From the NCBI GenBank assembly GCA_964453345.1, contig CAYVOC010000004.1, forward strand, positions 1 through 56,418: 56,418 nt of DNA, written 5' to 3'. This DNA comes from an uncultured Aquificales bacterium. GTDB lineage: Bacteria > Thermosulfidibacterota > Thermosulfidibacteria > Thermosulfidibacterales > Thermosulfidibacteraceae. This document shows, piece by piece, positions 45,416-56,418 of this stretch (the stretch's first letter is position 1; each line of letters opens with the position of its first letter). The notes beneath the pieces were generated by a model that made no database searches, had not been told where the DNA came from, and saw only the letters and a program-made list of their open reading frames with translations. The translations under genes were made by a program, and so were the position numbers.

Positions 45416-47488
45416 TCACCTTTGCAGAACCACCTTCCTGAGATCGGCTATTCTCGAAAAGAGCCTTGCTATGCGATTGAGAAGGGAAAGCCTGTTGTTC
45501 TTTTTGGCCTCATCCTTATCCATAACAAGAACATTGTCGAAGAATTCATCCACCTTAGCCTTCAAAGAAGAGAGCTTTTCAAGGGCCTCCTTATAACGCC
45601 CCTCGGAAACCAGCTTCTCCACCTCTCCCTCTATGGCGCACACCGCCTCGTAAAGGCTCTTTTCCTGAGCCTTGTCAAACAACGACTCATCAACCTCCGT
45701 TTCGGTAAATCCATCGGGTATTATGTTCACAACCCTCTTGAAGGTCGTCATTAAAGACTCAAAGTTATCGCTTTTGGCAAGCTCGCTTAAGGCATCCAGT
45801 CTGTTTTTGGCATCAACCACATCGTCAAAACCCGCCTCCAGCACGGCATCCACAAGATCGTATCTGTATCCCTCGGAAACCCAGAGATGATACAGCCTCT
45901 GCCTGAAGAAGGAGAGAACCTCTTCTTTCACCTCATCTGCCGGTTTTTCTATCTTATCCTTGAGAAGGGCCAGAGCTTCATCCACAAGCCAGGAGAGAGA
46001 AACCCTGTAGCCCTTGTGAAGCAGCACCTGTATTATGCCTAAAGCATCCCTTCTAAGCCCATAGGGATCTTCAGATCCGGTGGGGACAAGGCCTATGCCG
46101 AAGCACCCGACTATGGTATCTATCCTATCGGCTATGCCGACTATGGCTCCCGTATCCGTCTCCGGCAGCCTATCCCCCGAAAATCTCGGAAGATAGTGCT
46201 CAAATATGCCCTCGGCAACCTCCGGATCCTCGCCCTGAGCGTAGGCGTATTCCCTGCCCATTATCCCCTGCAGTTCATCAAACTCGTTCACCATTTGAGA
46301 TTCAAGATCGGCCTTGCAGAGAAGTGCGCAGCGCTCAACCTTGCTCAGCTTTTCCGGAACGAGTTTCTCTGCAAGTCTGCAGGCTATCCTTTTGAAGCGC
46401 ATGACCTTTTCATAGGAGGTCCCCAGCTTCTCCTGGAACACAACATCTTTAAGTCTTTCAAACATCTGCTCTAAGGGAACCTTCTTGTCCTCCTCGTAGA
46501 AGAACTTGGCATCAGAAAGCCTGGCCCTCAAAACCCTCTCGTTGCCCTGGGTTATAATATCCATGTTATCGGTCTTTATGTTGTTGACCACCACAAAGTA
46601 GGGCATTATCTCCCCCTTCTGATTGAAGACGGGGAAGTATTTCTGGTGCTCTTTCATGGTGGTGGTCAGAACTTCTTGGGGAAGGTCAAGGAACTTTTTG
46701 CTGAACTTACCCACAGTGGCCACCGGATACTCAACCAAAAAGGTAACCTCCTCAAGGAGATCAGGATCATCATCGGGAAGACCACCCACGCTCTCTGCAC
46801 ACTCTCTAACCTGCTGCTTTATAAGCTCCCTTCTTGCGTTGTGATCGTATACGACAAAGGCCCTTTCCATGGCTTCCGCATACTCATCCGGATGCCTTAT
46901 CTCTATGGGATCCGGTGCCAGAAACCTGTGACCGTAGGTGACATTTGAGCTTTCTATGTCAGAAACACTAAACTTTATGATTTTATCGTCAAAAAGGGCT
47001 AAGAACCAGTGTATGGGTCTGGCGAACCTTATTTTCCTTTTGCCCCAGCGCATGGACTTGGGCCAGGGAAACTTCAAGACCATATTCTTCAAAACCTCGG
47101 GCAGCAGCTCCTCCGTTGGACGCCCCTTCTCCCTTTTCACAATATAGACGTATTCCCCCTTCTTGGTCTGCTTGACCTTCAGCTCCTCCACCCCCACTCC
47201 CTGCGCCCTCGCGAAGCCCTCACCGGCCTTGGTAACCTTACCGGTAGCATCAAAGGCCACCTTGGCCGGGGGACCTATAACCTCCTGCTCAAGATCCCTC
47301 TGGGAAGGAGCCACATCCTCCACCTTCAGGACCAGTCTCCTGGGAGTTCCCGTGGCATAGACCCTGCCGTAATCCACCCTCAGCTCGCTGAGGCTCTTTT
47401 TGATGTAGTCCTCCATATAAGCAAGGGCGCCCGGCATGAACCTGGCCGGTATCTCTTCTGTCCCTATCTCAAAGAGGAGCGTGCCCAT
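45416..47488 (-). CDS. glyS: Glycine--tRNA ligase beta subunit
   Basis: LLFEIGTEEIP, TPRRL, KSMRW, RPIHW, GNERVLRARLSDA, PTGSEDPYGLRR, FFDNVLVM. Confidence 0.97.
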   Translation of the reverse strand: MGTLLFEIGTEEIPARFMPGALAYMEDYIKKSLSELRVDYGRVYATGTPRRLVLKVEDVAPSQRDLEQEVIGPPAKVAFDATGKVTKAGEGFARAQGVGVEELKVKQTKKGEYVYIVKREKGRPTEELLPEVLKNMVLKFPWPKSMRWGKRKIRFARPIHWFLALFDDKIIKFSVSDIESSNVTYGHRFLAPDPIEIRHPDEYAEAMERAFVVYDHNARRELIKQQVRECAESVGGLPDDDPDLLEEVTFLVEYPVATVGKFSKKFLDLPQEVLTTTMKEHQKYFPVFNQKGEIMPYFVVVNNIKTDNMDIITQGNERVLRARLSDAKFFYEEDKKVPLEQMFERLKDVVFQEKLGTSYEKVMRFKRIACRLAEKLVPEKLSKVERCALLCKADLESQMVNEFDELQGIMGREYAYAQGEDPEVAEGIFEHYLPRFSGDRLPETDTGAIVGIADRIDTIVGCFGIGLVPTGSEDPYGLRRDALGIIQVLLHKGYRVSLSWLVDEALALLKDKIEKPADEVKEEVLSFFRQRLYHLWVSEGYRYDLVDAVLEAGFDDVVDAKNRLDALSELAKSDNFESLMTTFKRVVNIIPDGFTETEVDESLFDKAQEKSLYEAVCAIEGEVEKLVSEGRYKEALEKLSSLKAKVDEFFDNVLVMDKDEAKKNNRLSLLNRIARLFSRIADLRKVVLQR

Positions 47489-47499
47489 AATCTTCCCTC

Positions 47500-48540
47500 C
47501 TAAAGCAGCTGCTTTAAAGCTTCATAAAGCTCCTCCGGATAAAAAACGTCGGAGGGCTTTCCTATGAACTCCACATCTTTTCTTGTGAACCTCTCCACAT
47601 CCTCCTTCATCTGCCCTGTGTTCATTTCAACAACAACTATTCTTTTCGCCCTTTCGGCAGCGCTTCTCAGGGCTTCTTCCGGATAGGGGAAGAGCGTCAC
47701 GGGCCTGAAAAGCCCCACCCTTTTCCCCTCCTCCCTCAGCCATCTTATAGGGCTTTTTGAAACCCTGGCTGCAGTTCCGAAGGCAACAACCAGAAGATCC
47801 ATCTCCCCATCGGTCATAAACTCCTCCCACCGAACCTCCTTCCTCATGCTCTCATACTTTCTATGCAGCCTCCAGTCGTGCTCCGTGAGCTCCCCGGGAC
47901 CGAGGTAGAGGGACTTTATGAGCTGAGGTTCCCTCCCCTCACAACCGGTAAGGGCCCAGGGCTTATCGGGCGGAGGCTGATAGAGGTGGGAGCTTATGGT
48001 GACAGACTCCATCATCTGGGCAATTATGCCGTCAACCTGTATGACCACAGGATTCCTGTATTTGTCCGCAAGGTTGAAGGCTTCAAAGACGCAATTTACG
48101 GCCTCCTGAACGGTGGAAGGGGCAAGGACCAGCGTTCTGTAGTCCCCGTGTCCACCTCCCTTGGTGGACTGGAAGTAATCCCCCTGATTGGGCTGTATTC
48201 CCCCAAGTCCCGGCCCTCCCCTGTTGACATTGACGATAACCGCAGGGAGCTCCATGCCCGCCATGTAAGAGATACCCTCCTGCATCAGGCTTATCCCGGG
48301 GCTTGAAGAGGCCGTCATGGCCCTAACTCCGGCTATGGCGGCCCCCATAACCATGTTGATGGCGGCAAGCTCACTCTCGCTCTGGATGAAGACCCCGTCC
48401 ACCTCAAACATACGCCAGGACATGTATTCGAGGATCTGGGACTGGGGAGTTATGGGGTAACCGGCAAAAAAGCGGCATCCCGCCTGAATAGCCGCCTCAG
48501 CTATGGCATCGCAACCCTTCCACAACCTTCTCTCACTCAT
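47500..48540 (-). CDS. vorB: 2-oxoacid:ferredoxin oxidoreductase alpha subunit (VorB-like)
   Basis: GYPITPQS, QSESELAAINM, SSSPGISL, GPGLGGIQP, KGGGHGDY, VEMNTGQM. Confidence 0.88.
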   Translation of the reverse strand: MSERRLWKGCDAIAEAAIQAGCRFFAGYPITPQSQILEYMSWRMFEVDGVFIQSESELAAINMVMGAAIAGVRAMTASSSPGISLMQEGISYMAGMELPAVIVNVNRGGPGLGGIQPNQGDYFQSTKGGGHGDYRTLVLAPSTVQEAVNCVFEAFNLADKYRNPVVIQVDGIIAQMMESVTISSHLYQPPPDKPWALTGCEGREPQLIKSLYLGPGELTEHDWRLHRKYESMRKEVRWEEFMTDGEMDLLVVAFGTAARVSKSPIRWLREEGKRVGLFRPVTLFPYPEEALRSAAERAKRIVVVEMNTGQMKEDVERFTRKDVEFIGKPSDVFYPEELYEALKQLL

Positions 48541-48736
48541 CCCTATACACCTCTATGCAGACATCTGGACACACCTCGGCGCAAAGGGCACAGGCAACGC
48601 ACAGCTTTTGATCAATACAAACGGCATAGTGATACCCCGCCCTGTTGACCCCCTCCGAAAAGGTGAGGATCTTTTTCGGGCAGGCATTGATGCACAAACC
48701 ACACCCCTTGCAGCGCTGTTCATCAATCTTAACCAT
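48533..48736 (-). CDS. 2x[4Fe-4S] ferredoxin (oxidoreductase delta subunit)
   Basis: CKGCGLCINACP and CVACALCAEVCPD; overlaps the vorB start. Confidence 0.92.
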   Translation of the reverse strand: MVKIDEQRCKGCGLCINACPKKILTFSEGVNRAGYHYAVCIDQKLCVACALCAEVCPDVCIEVYRDE

Positions 48737-50339
48737 CCTTTACAACACCCCCTGCCATTCGCTCAAGCTCCGTCTCCCTTTCGGATCCAGTTATGTGCCT
48801 AACTCTAACAAAAGTTTTTCCGTCTTTCAAAGCTTTCTCCACCACAAGATGACGATCGGCAAGGGAAGCTATCTGGGGAAAGTGGGTTATGGCTATCACC
48901 TGCCTGTCTCTGGAAAGATCCCTCAGGGCCCTCGCCACAAGCACGGCCGTCCTTCCCCCAACCCCTGCATCTATCTCGTCGAAGAGCATAACCTTGGTCT
49001 CATCATTTTTTGAAAGCACCTTTTTGAGGGCAAGAAGCACCCTTGAAAGCTCCCCACCTGAGGCGACCTTTCTTAGGGGCATAAGGGGGACCTCAGGGTT
49101 GGCGGAAAAGAGAAACTCCACATGATCCTTGCCCTTAGGGCCGAGCTCGCCCTCCCTGAACTCCACCCTAAAGGCAGGACTCTCAAAGCCCAGCTCCTTT
49201 AGGGTTTCAACGACTCCACAGGAGAGCCTTTCAGCCCCCTTCTGTCTTGCCTCCGACAATCCTTCTGCAACCCTCTCCGCCTCAAGCCTCAGCTTCTCAA
49301 CCCTCTCCTCAAGCTCCTCCAACTCAAACTCTTCCCCCTTCAATTCAGCAAGCTTGGCCTTGGCCTCATCAAGAAACCTCAGCACCTCCTTCACCGTTGA
49401 GCCGTATTTCATCTTCATCCGCTTATACAGCTCTAACCGCTCCTCAATCTCGTTTAACCTTTCCGGAGAATAATCACCACCCTCAACCAGCCCCCTGAGG
49501 GAGAAAAGGGCCTCCTGCATATTCTCAAGGGCACTGGACAGAAGATCCACGGCCCTCTTCACCTCATCCAGCCCCGACACCCTGGAAAGCTCCGAAATGG
49601 CAGACGCTACAAGATCCTGTGCGTTGACCTCACCGGTCTCAAGATACCCCTCCACAGCCTCAAGAGCCCTTTCAAGGGCGTCCCAGCTCAAAAGCCTCTC
49701 TCTTTCCTTCAAAAGCTCGGCCTCTTCCTCACACGAGAGGGAAGCAGACTCAATTTCTGAAATCACAAACTCCAAGTAATCCACCTCCCGAAGCCTCTCC
49801 TTCTCCCTGTTTTTGAGATCTTTTAGTCTCTTCATCGAATCCGTAAATTCTGCGTATATCGCTGAATATCTATCCAGCAACTCACCGCATCCAGAAAATC
49901 TGTCAAGAACCTCAAGCTGATAGGAGGGATCTAAAAGTTTAAGGCTCTCCCGCTGTCCCTGTATCTCCACCATGGGAGCAACAAGCCCCTGCAGGGCCCT
50001 GAGAGTGACTGGGGAATCGTTGATGAAAACCCTACCCCTGCCCTCCCTGTCCCAAACCCTTCTCACAAGAAGCTCATCGGCAGGATCCAACCCAAGCTCC
50101 TCGAGCTTTTCCCCCACCTCCTTCGAATCAACCAGAAACAGGGCCTCCACCCTGGCCCTATCCGCTTCAGGGTGGATCATGTCCCTGGAAACCCTCGCCC
50201 CGGTCACCACGGCTATAGCGCGGGCAACCAGGCTCTTTCCAGCTCCAGACTCGCCCGTTATAACGTTGAAGCCGGGATCAAGCTCCAGCTCGAGCCGCCT
50301 TATTATTCCAAAGTTCTCTACCTTCAGGAACCTTATCAT
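48729..50339 (-). CDS. recN: DNA repair protein RecN
   Basis: GESGAGKS, coiled coil, VASGGELSR, FDEIDAGVGG, ITHFPQIA. Confidence 0.96.
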   Translation of the reverse strand: MIRFLKVENFGIIRRLELELDPGFNVITGESGAGKSLVARAIAVVTGARVSRDMIHPEADRARVEALFLVDSKEVGEKLEELGLDPADELLVRRVWDREGRGRVFINDSPVTLRALQGLVAPMVEIQGQRESLKLLDPSYQLEVLDRFSGCGELLDRYSAIYAEFTDSMKRLKDLKNREKERLREVDYLEFVISEIESASLSCEEEAELLKERERLLSWDALERALEAVEGYLETGEVNAQDLVASAISELSRVSGLDEVKRAVDLLSSALENMQEALFSLRGLVEGGDYSPERLNEIEERLELYKRMKMKYGSTVKEVLRFLDEAKAKLAELKGEEFELEELEERVEKLRLEAERVAEGLSEARQKGAERLSCGVVETLKELGFESPAFRVEFREGELGPKGKDHVEFLFSANPEVPLMPLRKVASGGELSRVLLALKKVLSKNDETKVMLFDEIDAGVGGRTAVLVARALRDLSRDRQVIAITHFPQIASLADRHLVVEKALKDGKTFVRVRHITGSERETELERMAGGVVKDG

Positions 50340-52294
50340 AATTTCATCTTGGTCACGTAGCTGCGCAGCCCCTTCTCAAGGAGATAATCCCTGAAAAGTT
50401 CCAGATACTCTTTGTCAAACATTTCAGACAAGCGCTTCACTATCTCATCCCAATCTGTAATCCGGGACAACTTTCCTCCCTCTTTAACGAACAAAACGGG
50501 TCCCTTAAGGGTATTGTTGAAGTAGCCCTTTGCCCCCCTGATAACCACCATGTTATCCTGAAAAAGCTCCTGGAAAACCAGAACAACCCCTTCCCTGTTA
50601 ACAATTTCTTCAATTTCACCTGTCACCTGCTGTATCTCCTTCTTGATGCCTTCAGCCTCTTCGCATCTCTGCCTAAAGCCTTCATGAAGCCTCACTATCT
50701 CATCAACCACTCCCTTCGCATAGGGAGGAAACTTACCGGATACTGACTTCAGCTTATCAGGATCCTTAAGCAGACTCCTCACAAGAGGTCTAAGCTTTAC
50801 GGCATTCTCCTTCATCACCGGGCGCATATAGCTTATCAGAAGATTTATCTGAGCATCTATGCGTCCATCCAGCTTCTTGGCCGCACCCTCAACCACCCTT
50901 GTTCTCTTCTCAAGATCCCTTTTCCTCGCCTCAAGCTCCCCGATCTTGGCGGCAATGCTGGGCACCTCCTTGGGCTCAAGGATGAACTTGTTGAAATCCC
51001 TCGCCTCCTCCACGCATATAAAATCGTATGCGTAGAGGATGGAGGATCTTAGGGTCTTTAAAGCAACTATCCTTTCGGCCTTTACAACGGCTCCCGAAAG
51101 GGTGTAGGCGAAGGCCTCTTTCGCCTCTATCTGGGCATTTATGGCCCTATCCACAAAGCACCTGTCAGCCTCAATCTTACCCCCGGTTATCCCGTTAACC
51201 TTGCACACCTCCCCCTTGATGAGGGCGTCCTTGGCCACCATGCCCTCAATAACCACAAATCTGCCCTCAACAACGGCCTTCCTTCCCACATTCCCCTTAA
51301 CAACAACCGTTTTTCCGGGGGATATGAGCTTAAAATCGTCTTTAACAGCATCGTGTATGGCCCTGTCCCCCTCAACGGCCACCTCTATATTTACGCCGGT
51401 CCCCTCAAAAACGATGTTTCCGGTGGTGTAATCCACCTTTTTCTCCTTAACAAACTCGGAAAGCCCTATCAGACCGCCCTCAACGTAGAGATAACCGTCC
51501 ATTTTGGCGATTATGTCATAGATGATCTTATCACCGGATTTTGTTTTTTTTACCTCAAGGGTCTCCTCATCCACCTGAAAGGGCAGCGGAGGGATATCCT
51601 TAAAGGGAATAATCTCCCCAGTTACCTTTATCCCCACCTCCCCGGGAATGTATTCAATGGTGGCGACCTTGCTTCCCTTCATGACCTTCTTATCCGTGTA
51701 GCCCCTGTCCTTAAAATCCATGCGCCCGGTTCTTTCGTTTATCACCTTGCCCGCAGGGGTCACCAAGGGAACATAGTAGATCTCTCTTCTGTAGGGATCC
51801 CTGGGAGGCTTGCCCCTCGCCGCCTCAAAGGAGAAGGGTTTTTTGTAATTGTATATGTAAACAAGCGCCCTCTCCCATCCATCAGCAATTCTGTCATCCG
51901 GCAGGTGTCCGTATATGACCCCCTCCTTCAAAAGAAGCTTCTTGGTCTCCCTGACCAGCTCCTTTTTCTGGGCAGGGGTAAGAACAATCCTGTCCTCGGC
52001 CTTCTCGAGCTGCTCCGGGGAAAGCTGCATCCTGAAGGTGGGAAGCACTTTAACGTAAGCGATGGACTCAACCCCCTTCTCCTCAACATCCACAAGGCAA
52101 TCAAATATGGAGATGATTCCGGGAAGCTTAAGGCTTACCTCTATCTCAGCTTCCAGAAAGAACCTGTCCCCCTCGGGACCAACCAGCTCGGCGCTCAAGA
52201 CCTCAAAGTCAAGCTCCTCAACCGGCACTCCAAGATCGTTGGCCAGCTCCTCAAGAGTCTTTTTTATGTCCCTTGTTCTTACCCTTTCTTGCAC
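50336..52294 (-). CDS. DUF342 / FapA-family protein
   Basis: MDFKDRGY...PGEVG..VTGE..., VDYTTGNIVF, beta-helix-like repeats, coiled coil; GTG start 52294 after GGAGG preferred over 52315. Confidence 0.75.
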   Translation of the reverse strand: MQERVRTRDIKKTLEELANDLGVPVEELDFEVLSAELVGPEGDRFFLEAEIEVSLKLPGIISIFDCLVDVEEKGVESIAYVKVLPTFRMQLSPEQLEKAEDRIVLTPAQKKELVRETKKLLLKEGVIYGHLPDDRIADGWERALVYIYNYKKPFSFEAARGKPPRDPYRREIYYVPLVTPAGKVINERTGRMDFKDRGYTDKKVMKGSKVATIEYIPGEVGIKVTGEIIPFKDIPPLPFQVDEETLEVKKTKSGDKIIYDIIAKMDGYLYVEGGLIGLSEFVKEKKVDYTTGNIVFEGTGVNIEVAVEGDRAIHDAVKDDFKLISPGKTVVVKGNVGRKAVVEGRFVVIEGMVAKDALIKGEVCKVNGITGGKIEADRCFVDRAINAQIEAKEAFAYTLSGAVVKAERIVALKTLRSSILYAYDFICVEEARDFNKFILEPKEVPSIAAKIGELEARKRDLEKRTRVVEGAAKKLDGRIDAQINLLISYMRPVMKENAVKLRPLVRSLLKDPDKLKSVSGKFPPYAKGVVDEIVRLHEGFRQRCEEAEGIKKEIQQVTGEIEEIVNREGVVLVFQELFQDNMVVIRGAKGYFNNTLKGPVLFVKEGGKLSRITDWDEIVKRLSEMFDKEYLELFRDYLLEKGLRSYVTKMKL

Positions 52295-54137
52295 CCCTTC
52301 CCCTCCTTGCAACAAGTGGCTTTACATTCTTGCAGTCCGGATAACCGCTGCACGCCAGAAACTTGCCGTATCTGCTCTTCCTTATAACCATGGGCCTGCC
52401 GCACTTCTCGCATTTAATCGGGCTGTAATCCTCAAGTTTAAGGAGCTTTTCACTCGCCTCATCCAGCTCCCGGGAAAAGACCCTGTAGAAGCTGCGGACA
52501 CTCTCCTTCCAGTCCTGCTTGCCCTCCGCTATTTTATCCAGATCCTCCTCCATCCTGGCGGTGAAGGATACATCTATCAACCCCGGAAAGTTTCTCGTAA
52601 GCACCTCCGAAACTATCCTTCCCAAGGGAGTCGGAACGAGGGCCTTCTTCTCCCTCACAACATAGCCCCTGTCTATTATGGTGGAGACGATGGTGGCGTA
52701 GGTGCTGGGTCTGCCGATCCCCTCCTCTTCGAGCTTTTTTATCAAGGAAGCTTCGGTGTATCTGGGAGGGGGCGAGGTAAAGTGCTGGCTCTTCTTCAGC
52801 TCCACAAGGCGCAAAGCGCAGGGAGGCTTAAGATCCGGAAGCACCTTGGCTTCAACCTCCTCGTCGGAATAGACCTTCAGAAAGCCGTCAAAGACAAGAA
52901 CGGATCCTGTGGCCCTGAACACGGCATCCCGGGCCTCTATCTCAAACACCGTGGATTCAAACACGGCCGGCTCCATCTGAGAAGCCACAAACCTGCGCCA
53001 TATGAGATCATAGAGCTTAAGATGATCATCCGGAATCTTGCCCCTGAGGGATTCCGGGGTCCTGAAAACGGAAGTGGGCCTTATGGCCTCGTGGGCATCC
53101 TGCACGGAACCTTTAGACCTATACTCCGGAATCCTTTTGGGCAGATATTCGTCGCCGAAGGACTCTTTTATAAAGCTTCTTGCCTCACTCACAGCCTCCT
53201 TGCTCAAACGAACAGAATCGGTCCTCATGTAAGTGATAAGGCCCACCGGACCCTCACCGGGAATCTCCATGCCCTCATACAGCTGCTGGGCAATCCACAT
53301 GGTCTTGGAAGCCGGGAACCCCAAGCGCTTAAAGGCCTCCTGCTGCAGGGTGCTGGTTATGAAGGGAGGCTTGGGATTACGACGCTTTTTCTTCTTCTGA
53401 ACACTGCTGAGAACGAAGTCCGCTTCGGAAATGCGGCTGTATACATCATCCACCCTGTCGGGAGGGATTCTGTCGAGTTTTTCGCCCCCTAAGGAAACCA
53501 GCTGGGCCTCAAAGGCCGGCGGGGAATCCCCCTCAAGGATAGCCGTTATCTTCCAGTATTCCTCCGGAACAAACTCCTCTATCTCCTTCTCCCGCTCGCA
53601 GATGAGCCTCAGGGCAACGGACTGGACTCTACCCGCCGACAGCCCCCTATCAATCCTCTTCCAGAGAAGGGGGCTGAGGGAATACCCCATGATCCTGTCA
53701 AGAACCCTCCTCGCCTGCTGGGCGTTCACCTTCTTCAGATCTATATCCGTCGGACTCTTCAGAGCCTCCTCTATCGCCCTTTTGGTTATCTCGTGAAAGA
53801 CTATGCGCCTGATCTTTCCGTCCTCCCCTATCTCCTGGGCTATGTGCCAGGCTATGGCCTCACCCTCCCTGTCCGGGTCAGAGGCTATGTATATCTCATC
53901 GGCCTCCTCTGCAGCCCTCTTCAACTCCTCTATGACCTTCTCCTTGCCCTTAATAACCACATACTCCGGCTCAAAATCCCCCTCCACATCAACCCCCATC
54001 CTGTTGGTGGGAAGATCCTTTATATGGCCCATGCTGGCCTTGACCGTAAAACCCTTACCCAAGTATCTGGATATGGTTCGAGCCTTTGCAGGAGACTCAA
54101 CGATGATCAACCTTTTAAGCCTTTTTGTAGAACCCAC
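52251..54137 (-). CDS. topA: DNA topoisomerase I (type IA, single zinc ribbon)
   Basis: IVESPAKA, DPDREGEAI, SAGRVQS, ITYMRTDS, AHEAIRPT, GIGRPSTY, CEKC...CSGYPDC. Confidence 0.97.
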   Translation of the reverse strand: MGSTKRLKRLIIVESPAKARTISRYLGKGFTVKASMGHIKDLPTNRMGVDVEGDFEPEYVVIKGKEKVIEELKRAAEEADEIYIASDPDREGEAIAWHIAQEIGEDGKIRRIVFHEITKRAIEEALKSPTDIDLKKVNAQQARRVLDRIMGYSLSPLLWKRIDRGLSAGRVQSVALRLICEREKEIEEFVPEEYWKITAILEGDSPPAFEAQLVSLGGEKLDRIPPDRVDDVYSRISEADFVLSSVQKKKKRRNPKPPFITSTLQQEAFKRLGFPASKTMWIAQQLYEGMEIPGEGPVGLITYMRTDSVRLSKEAVSEARSFIKESFGDEYLPKRIPEYRSKGSVQDAHEAIRPTSVFRTPESLRGKIPDDHLKLYDLIWRRFVASQMEPAVFESTVFEIEARDAVFRATGSVLVFDGFLKVYSDEEVEAKVLPDLKPPCALRLVELKKSQHFTSPPPRYTEASLIKKLEEEGIGRPSTYATIVSTIIDRGYVVREKKALVPTPLGRIVSEVLTRNFPGLIDVSFTARMEEDLDKIAEGKQDWKESVRSFYRVFSRELDEASEKLLKLEDYSPIKCEKCGRPMVIRKSRYGKFLACSGYPDCKNVKPLVARRGRGARKGKNKGHKKDS

Positions 54138-55084
54138 CTGGCAACCTCCTCACCCTTCCCTCAAGTTCAAGCTCAAGAAGCCTCACCTGCAGAGAAGCCA
54201 CATCAATATTCAACATAACCGCAATCTCATCAACCGAAAGGGGACTCCCGTCAAGAACTTTCAGGATCGCATCCTCCGCACCATCATCCTCCTTTTTCCC
54301 CTCTTTCAGCAGCTCAGCACCGAGAAGCAGAAGCTCCCTGTTGCCCGGTGCATCCAGATCGCAAACGGCAACAGGCACCCCCACCTCCATGGCACACCTT
54401 GCGGTTATAAGCGCTCCGCTTCCTTCACCAGCCTCTACAACCACCACCCTTTCAGAGATAGCCGCAATTATTCTATTTCTCAATGGGAAGTTGAACCTTC
54501 TGGGAGGCGTCCCCGGAAAGAAGGGGGAAATCACAAGCCCTTCATCGACTATATTTTGGTATAAGCCCCTGTTTTCCGGGGGATACACCCACTCCACAGA
54601 TGATCCCATAACAGCCACGGTTCTTCCCACCTCAAGGGCACCACGATGGGCGGCCGCATCTATACCCAGGGCAAGTCCGCTGACCACAACATAGCCCCTT
54701 TGGGCAAAATCCTTCGCCAAAGAATAGGCAAGCTCCTTCCCTTCAACAGAAGCCTTCCTGCTTCCCACAATGGCGACAGACCTTCCGGAGAGAAACTCCA
54801 CATCTCCCCTGTAGAAAAGAACATAGGGAGGGGCCTTAAGCCTGAACAACTTTTCAGGATACAACTCCGAAAAACAGGTGACAAAACCCACACCAAGATT
54901 CCCAAGCATCTCTATGGATCTGTGGCTCCAGTCAGCCTCCATCAGCTTTCTCTTTGTGGAGGGATGAAGCCTTAAAGACTTCACAAAGGAGGGATCCTTC
55001 AACTGTTCAAGGGACTCAACCGAGGATCTGATCCGCCAGAAGGTCTCCCAGGAAATTCCAAGCCTTGCAAGCTCAACAAGGATG

Positions 55085-55092
<8 letters not shown>
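54115..55092 (-). CDS. dprA: DNA processing protein DprA
   Basis: VAIVGSR, VSGLALGIDAAAH, FPLRNRII, EAGEGSGALITA, C-terminal winged helix LLELELEG. Confidence 0.95.

Positions 55093-56418
<1,326 letters not shown>

Noticed and set aside
45067-45441. ORFs over the tRNA cluster (also 43397-43765)
   Set aside because: Fully explained by tRNA genes, secE and rpmG.

Overview
This is a core-genome bacterial window of about 50% GC. The Lys/Glu-rich proteins and zinc-type ribosomal proteins suggest a thermophile, which is an inference; I cannot name the organism. Nearly everything from 56418 down to 5242 is one tightly packed minus-strand run: galE (partial), maf/DUF4387 fusion, dprA, topA, DUF342, recN, ferredoxin, vorB-like, glyS, four tRNAs, tuf, rpmG, tRNA-Trp, secE, nusG, rplKAJL, rpoBC, the str/S10/spc/alpha ribosomal clusters, then trmFO, accD, rph, phoH, a 7TM-HD protein, ybeY and a CaiB-family CoA-transferase. 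At the left end are a large flagellin missed by the ORF track (it runs off the window), divergent glcF/glcD-like genes and two small genes. I found no CRISPR array, IS element or prophage, and no clearly new multi-gene system. The best leads are: a circularly permuted copy of the 23S L1-binding site over the rplA Shine-Dalgarno; a beta'-type zinc ribbon inside RNAP beta; a third SBHM module nested in beta'; the Maf-DUF4387 fusion; an AT-rich flagellin core with tandem sigma28 promoters and CsrA-type hairpins; two apparently identical tuf genes with atypical codon usage; and an orphan zinc-ribbon protein with a hyperacidic tail.
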